Assembly: GCA_024704765.1 (NCBI GenBank)
Contig: JAKMXF010000312.1
Coordinates: 186,001-250,000, forward strand
Direction of reading: 5' to 3'
Length of the DNA stretch: 64,000 nt
From: Oopsacas minuta
Taxonomy: Eukaryota > Animalia > Porifera
The notes beneath the pieces are model-generated. The model made no database searches. It saw only the letters and a list, made by a program, of their open reading frames with translations, and had not been told where the DNA came from. Of the stretch, positions 60,808-64,000 are shown one piece after another. The translations under genes and the position numbers were made by a program. Each line of letters opens with the position of its first letter. The first letter of the stretch is position 1.

Positions 60808-63637
60808 ATGGATAAGTCAACACCAAAATTTCAGGATAACTCAGAATATTTTGAGAACTTTCCAAGTCCAGATATCTCATCTCCAGACCACTTGGGTAAC
60901 ACCACCGCTAACTCGGATACCAATTCGCTAGATTGGAATGTATCAAGCCCGTTACACAACCAGTCAGATTTTAGTAATAGTATTCCTTCAGAGTTGCTAG
61001 TGTTTGTAGAGGTAATAGTATATTTAATTCTCGAGTTATATTTCTTTTTATAGCATTACCACTTCACACCTTTTGTACCATTTTCCTGCCTATCTTATAG
61101 GGATATGGGGGAGCTGGTTTGAGTCCCACAGGTGCATAAGGACAGTTATGTACATATTAAATTTGTTACTATTTATATCCACAGCGTCTACAACAAGAGG
61201 TCCATTCATTGGACAGGAAATGCAGAGAATACCAGCTGTATGCAGAAGAGTCCAAACTAGAAATGCGTAATATGGAACTAGAACTGGAACTAAACAAACA
61301 GGAACTGAACAGAGAGCGTGAAGAGAGGAAGAAAGAATTCTCATTGGCTACTGACTATAGGATAGAACTTGAGGAGAAACTTGCTACTGTAAGTTTAATT
61401 TGGTTGTTTGTTTGTTTGTTTGTTTGTTTGTTGTTTACTAGTTCTGCTTATTAGACGCAAGGAGAGGTAGTACAGTTAGAAAAGAAACTAGTAAATATTA
61501 AGAAACGAGATGAGAAATATAAAGAGAGAATTCACTCATTACAAAAATCACTTATTGAATTCCAAGAACAGGTAGCATACATTCCTAACCGCTATAACTG
61601 TTGCTATTGTAAGAGGTTCTCATAAGTTCTATTTTTAGATCAAGGAATTAGATGTGAAGGTATGTGAGGGTGATAAATGCGTGAATCAGCTGACAACTGA
61701 AAGAGAACAGCTGATTGTTGATTTGGAAGAGGCTACCAATAATGCTGAATGTTTAGCTAATCAAAACCAAGAGCTAGAATTAGAAGTAAATTATGTTATC
61801 CTAAATGTTATTAATCACATTTTAACACCTCTGTTCTGCAGGTAACATGGCATAAGGATGAACTAATTGATACCAGAGAATCTCTGAATCATCTCCAGAA
61901 ACAGTTTGAGTTTGAATCTCTTAAGGTAAGTATTACTATATGCAAAACAAACTACCTGTGTAACAAACAGTGCTACTCCGTTACTTCGTCTACTCAGTCA
62001 TTTTCCTCCATTTCTACAGACCCCGTTTGTGGAGCACTGTTCTCTGCCTCGTGTTTTCTGGCCTTTGATATTTGTTATTTAGCAAACAGTACAGTCTTGT
62101 GCAGATGAAGTTAGCTTGTTAGAAGAGATAGGACAAGATGGAATCGTTAGTTTATGAATATATATATTTATTTGATTATTATTATTTATGGAATTCCTAG
62201 TTCGGCGGACCGATACACTTACAAACAGATCAAGAATCTGCGGACGAACAGACAGGTATAGCTAATTGTAGTGTATGTTACTTTGACATTTGGGGATCAT
62301 ATTTATACATTTTCACACCTCGATATAAGCGGGTGTTTCGATATATTCGTGTTCTACATAACAGGAGGTGACTGTTAAGATTCTGTATAGATTTATCACT
62401 CACATTAATGATACTAATTATAGATATTCCTGAATACATGACGCCTCAAATGCTTCCTCCAGCTAAGCCTACTGGGTTCATAGATGCTCCCAAATTGGAG
62501 TACTTAGAGCAAGAGGTTGGTAGAGTTAGTACTCTAGAGGAGACTATAGCCTCACTCATGGAACAGCTAGATATAGCGAATAGTGAGTGTGATGATTTGC
62601 ACTCTGAATTATTCACTAGCAGAGCACAGGTTGTTATTATATATTTTTTTGTTTGTCCCCTTCTGTCATCAGTAAATCGCCAAGGGTGAATGGACCAGTT
62701 TAATTGGTTGTTTACTTGTTTGTTTACTTGTTTACTAGGTCAAATTGAAAGAGAAAGAGTGTGTAGAGATGAGAGATAAATTATTAGAATTAGATACAGA
62801 CAGAGATAGAATGAGAAATAAAATCAACAAAGCAAGAGTTAAACTATCAAAAGTTGCTAACGAAAAACAAATGTTAGAAGAAAGGTAATAAACAAACAAA
62901 CAAACAAACAAACAAACAAACAAACAAATATAATTATACACACTCGTCTCTAATTAGATGTTCGTGCTACAGTAATAGTTTGGAAGAGAAGAGAGAAGAA
63001 AATTTAAGTTTAGAAAGACAGCTAATTTCACTCATCGAGCAAAAGATCGTTTTATCAGAGGAAATAGCTGCTTACGAGGTTTGTACGTATAAATTGTAAT
63101 AGCTCCTTCGATGATCACCTCCTGCCTCCCTCTCTAAGGGGTGTAGTCAAATACCAACGAGGAGTAACATATGTTTCAGTGTCATATAAGCATGTTAGGG
63201 AGTTAGTGAATAGTAAAGATCCTTAGTGTTAGACTGCTATTAATCCATAGCATAATCTCTTTACTGTATTAATTATCCAGGGTCCTATTATCTAAATTAC
63301 CGGTTCCCAATCAGTAGACTACTTTAAAACACACTCAAATGACCCCTGCTATCCTCCGCTGATGTAAAGTAATACTGTATTGAATTTGAATTAGAGACAA
63401 TTTGAAACTGACATATATTCTGGAGCTAAAAGTCCCAGAGTTCCCTTCCCCTCTCCCCTCTCGTGTCCTATCCTATATACACACAGCATAACTCAACTTA
63501 GATATGCTAAATTCATAAATATATTTGTTTGTTTGTTTGTTGTTTAGATTGATGTAAGCTGTCTCCTAAAATCAAACATAAACAAGAAGTTGCAAACAGA
63601 AGAACACAAGCCTAGAAAAATTAAATGGTTTTCCTAG
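60808..63637 (+). CDS. Long coiled-coil protein resembling BICD-family-like cargo adaptor (BICDR/CCDC64), multi-exon
   Basis: Heptad-rich exons. The C-terminal QLISLIEQKIVLSEEIAAYEIDV resembles, from recall, the BICDR Rab-binding region (QLLDAIQQKLNLSQQLEAWQDDM). Stop at 63635-63637. Confidence 0.7.
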
Positions 63638-64000
63638 CAACGGTACCGTATATTTGGAATTTAATTATATTAGTATTTTTGTTTTCATATCCAGCTGTTA
63701 CCATTTATACAACATATACGTATAGATATCCTCAACTGGTATTTGATCGGTTAAAGACAGTGACGTCATGGAAAGAGGGCATAATAGGATTGCCAGATTT
63801 TCAAAAGTACAAACCAGGGACAAATTTCTTACTGACAATCAGCGTTTGGTTTTGGGGGGTGGGAGTACGGCGCGTTGCTACTTCTTTTCTCGGGGGCTGT
63901 TCTCACCGCGGTTTCTAAGAAAACTATAACTAACTAAGGACTAGTAGACCTTACAACGCGGACAATTATTAGAAATATTCCACAATATAAGCAATTTGAT

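Overview
AT-rich, gene-dense eukaryotic DNA with short GT-AG introns and metazoan-type proteins. The compactness, divergent housekeeping proteins and coiled-coil+NHL / VLIG gene content suggest an early-branching animal, probably a sponge (glass-sponge-like); this is inference. Genes in order: coiled-coil+NHL protein (-, runs off the left edge), an orphan disordered ORF, UPF1, an intronless laccase-type multicopper oxidase (-), a ~3.55 kb tandem duplication carrying two pairs of an unrecognised gene family (called A and B here) plus an orphan delta-COP exon, then delta-COP, TMEM115, an FMNL formin, a frameshifted ~2300-aa very large inducible GTPase (VLIG), XPG, an atypical Rab-like GTPase, importin-5, a LIM kinase and a BICDR-like adaptor. 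At least four MITE families sit in introns and spacers. Best candidates for new biology: (1) the A/B family, whose members share an ETNRT(W/Y)SE..DW..G.R motif, show a strong excess of amino-acid-changing differences and carry a swapped hydrophobic hairpin in B; (2) the VLIG with tandem HTH-like units at the N-terminus and a VwkA-type VWA domain at the C-terminus. Exon boundaries, alignments and substitution counts were done by eye. No tRNA, rRNA or CRISPR array was seen.
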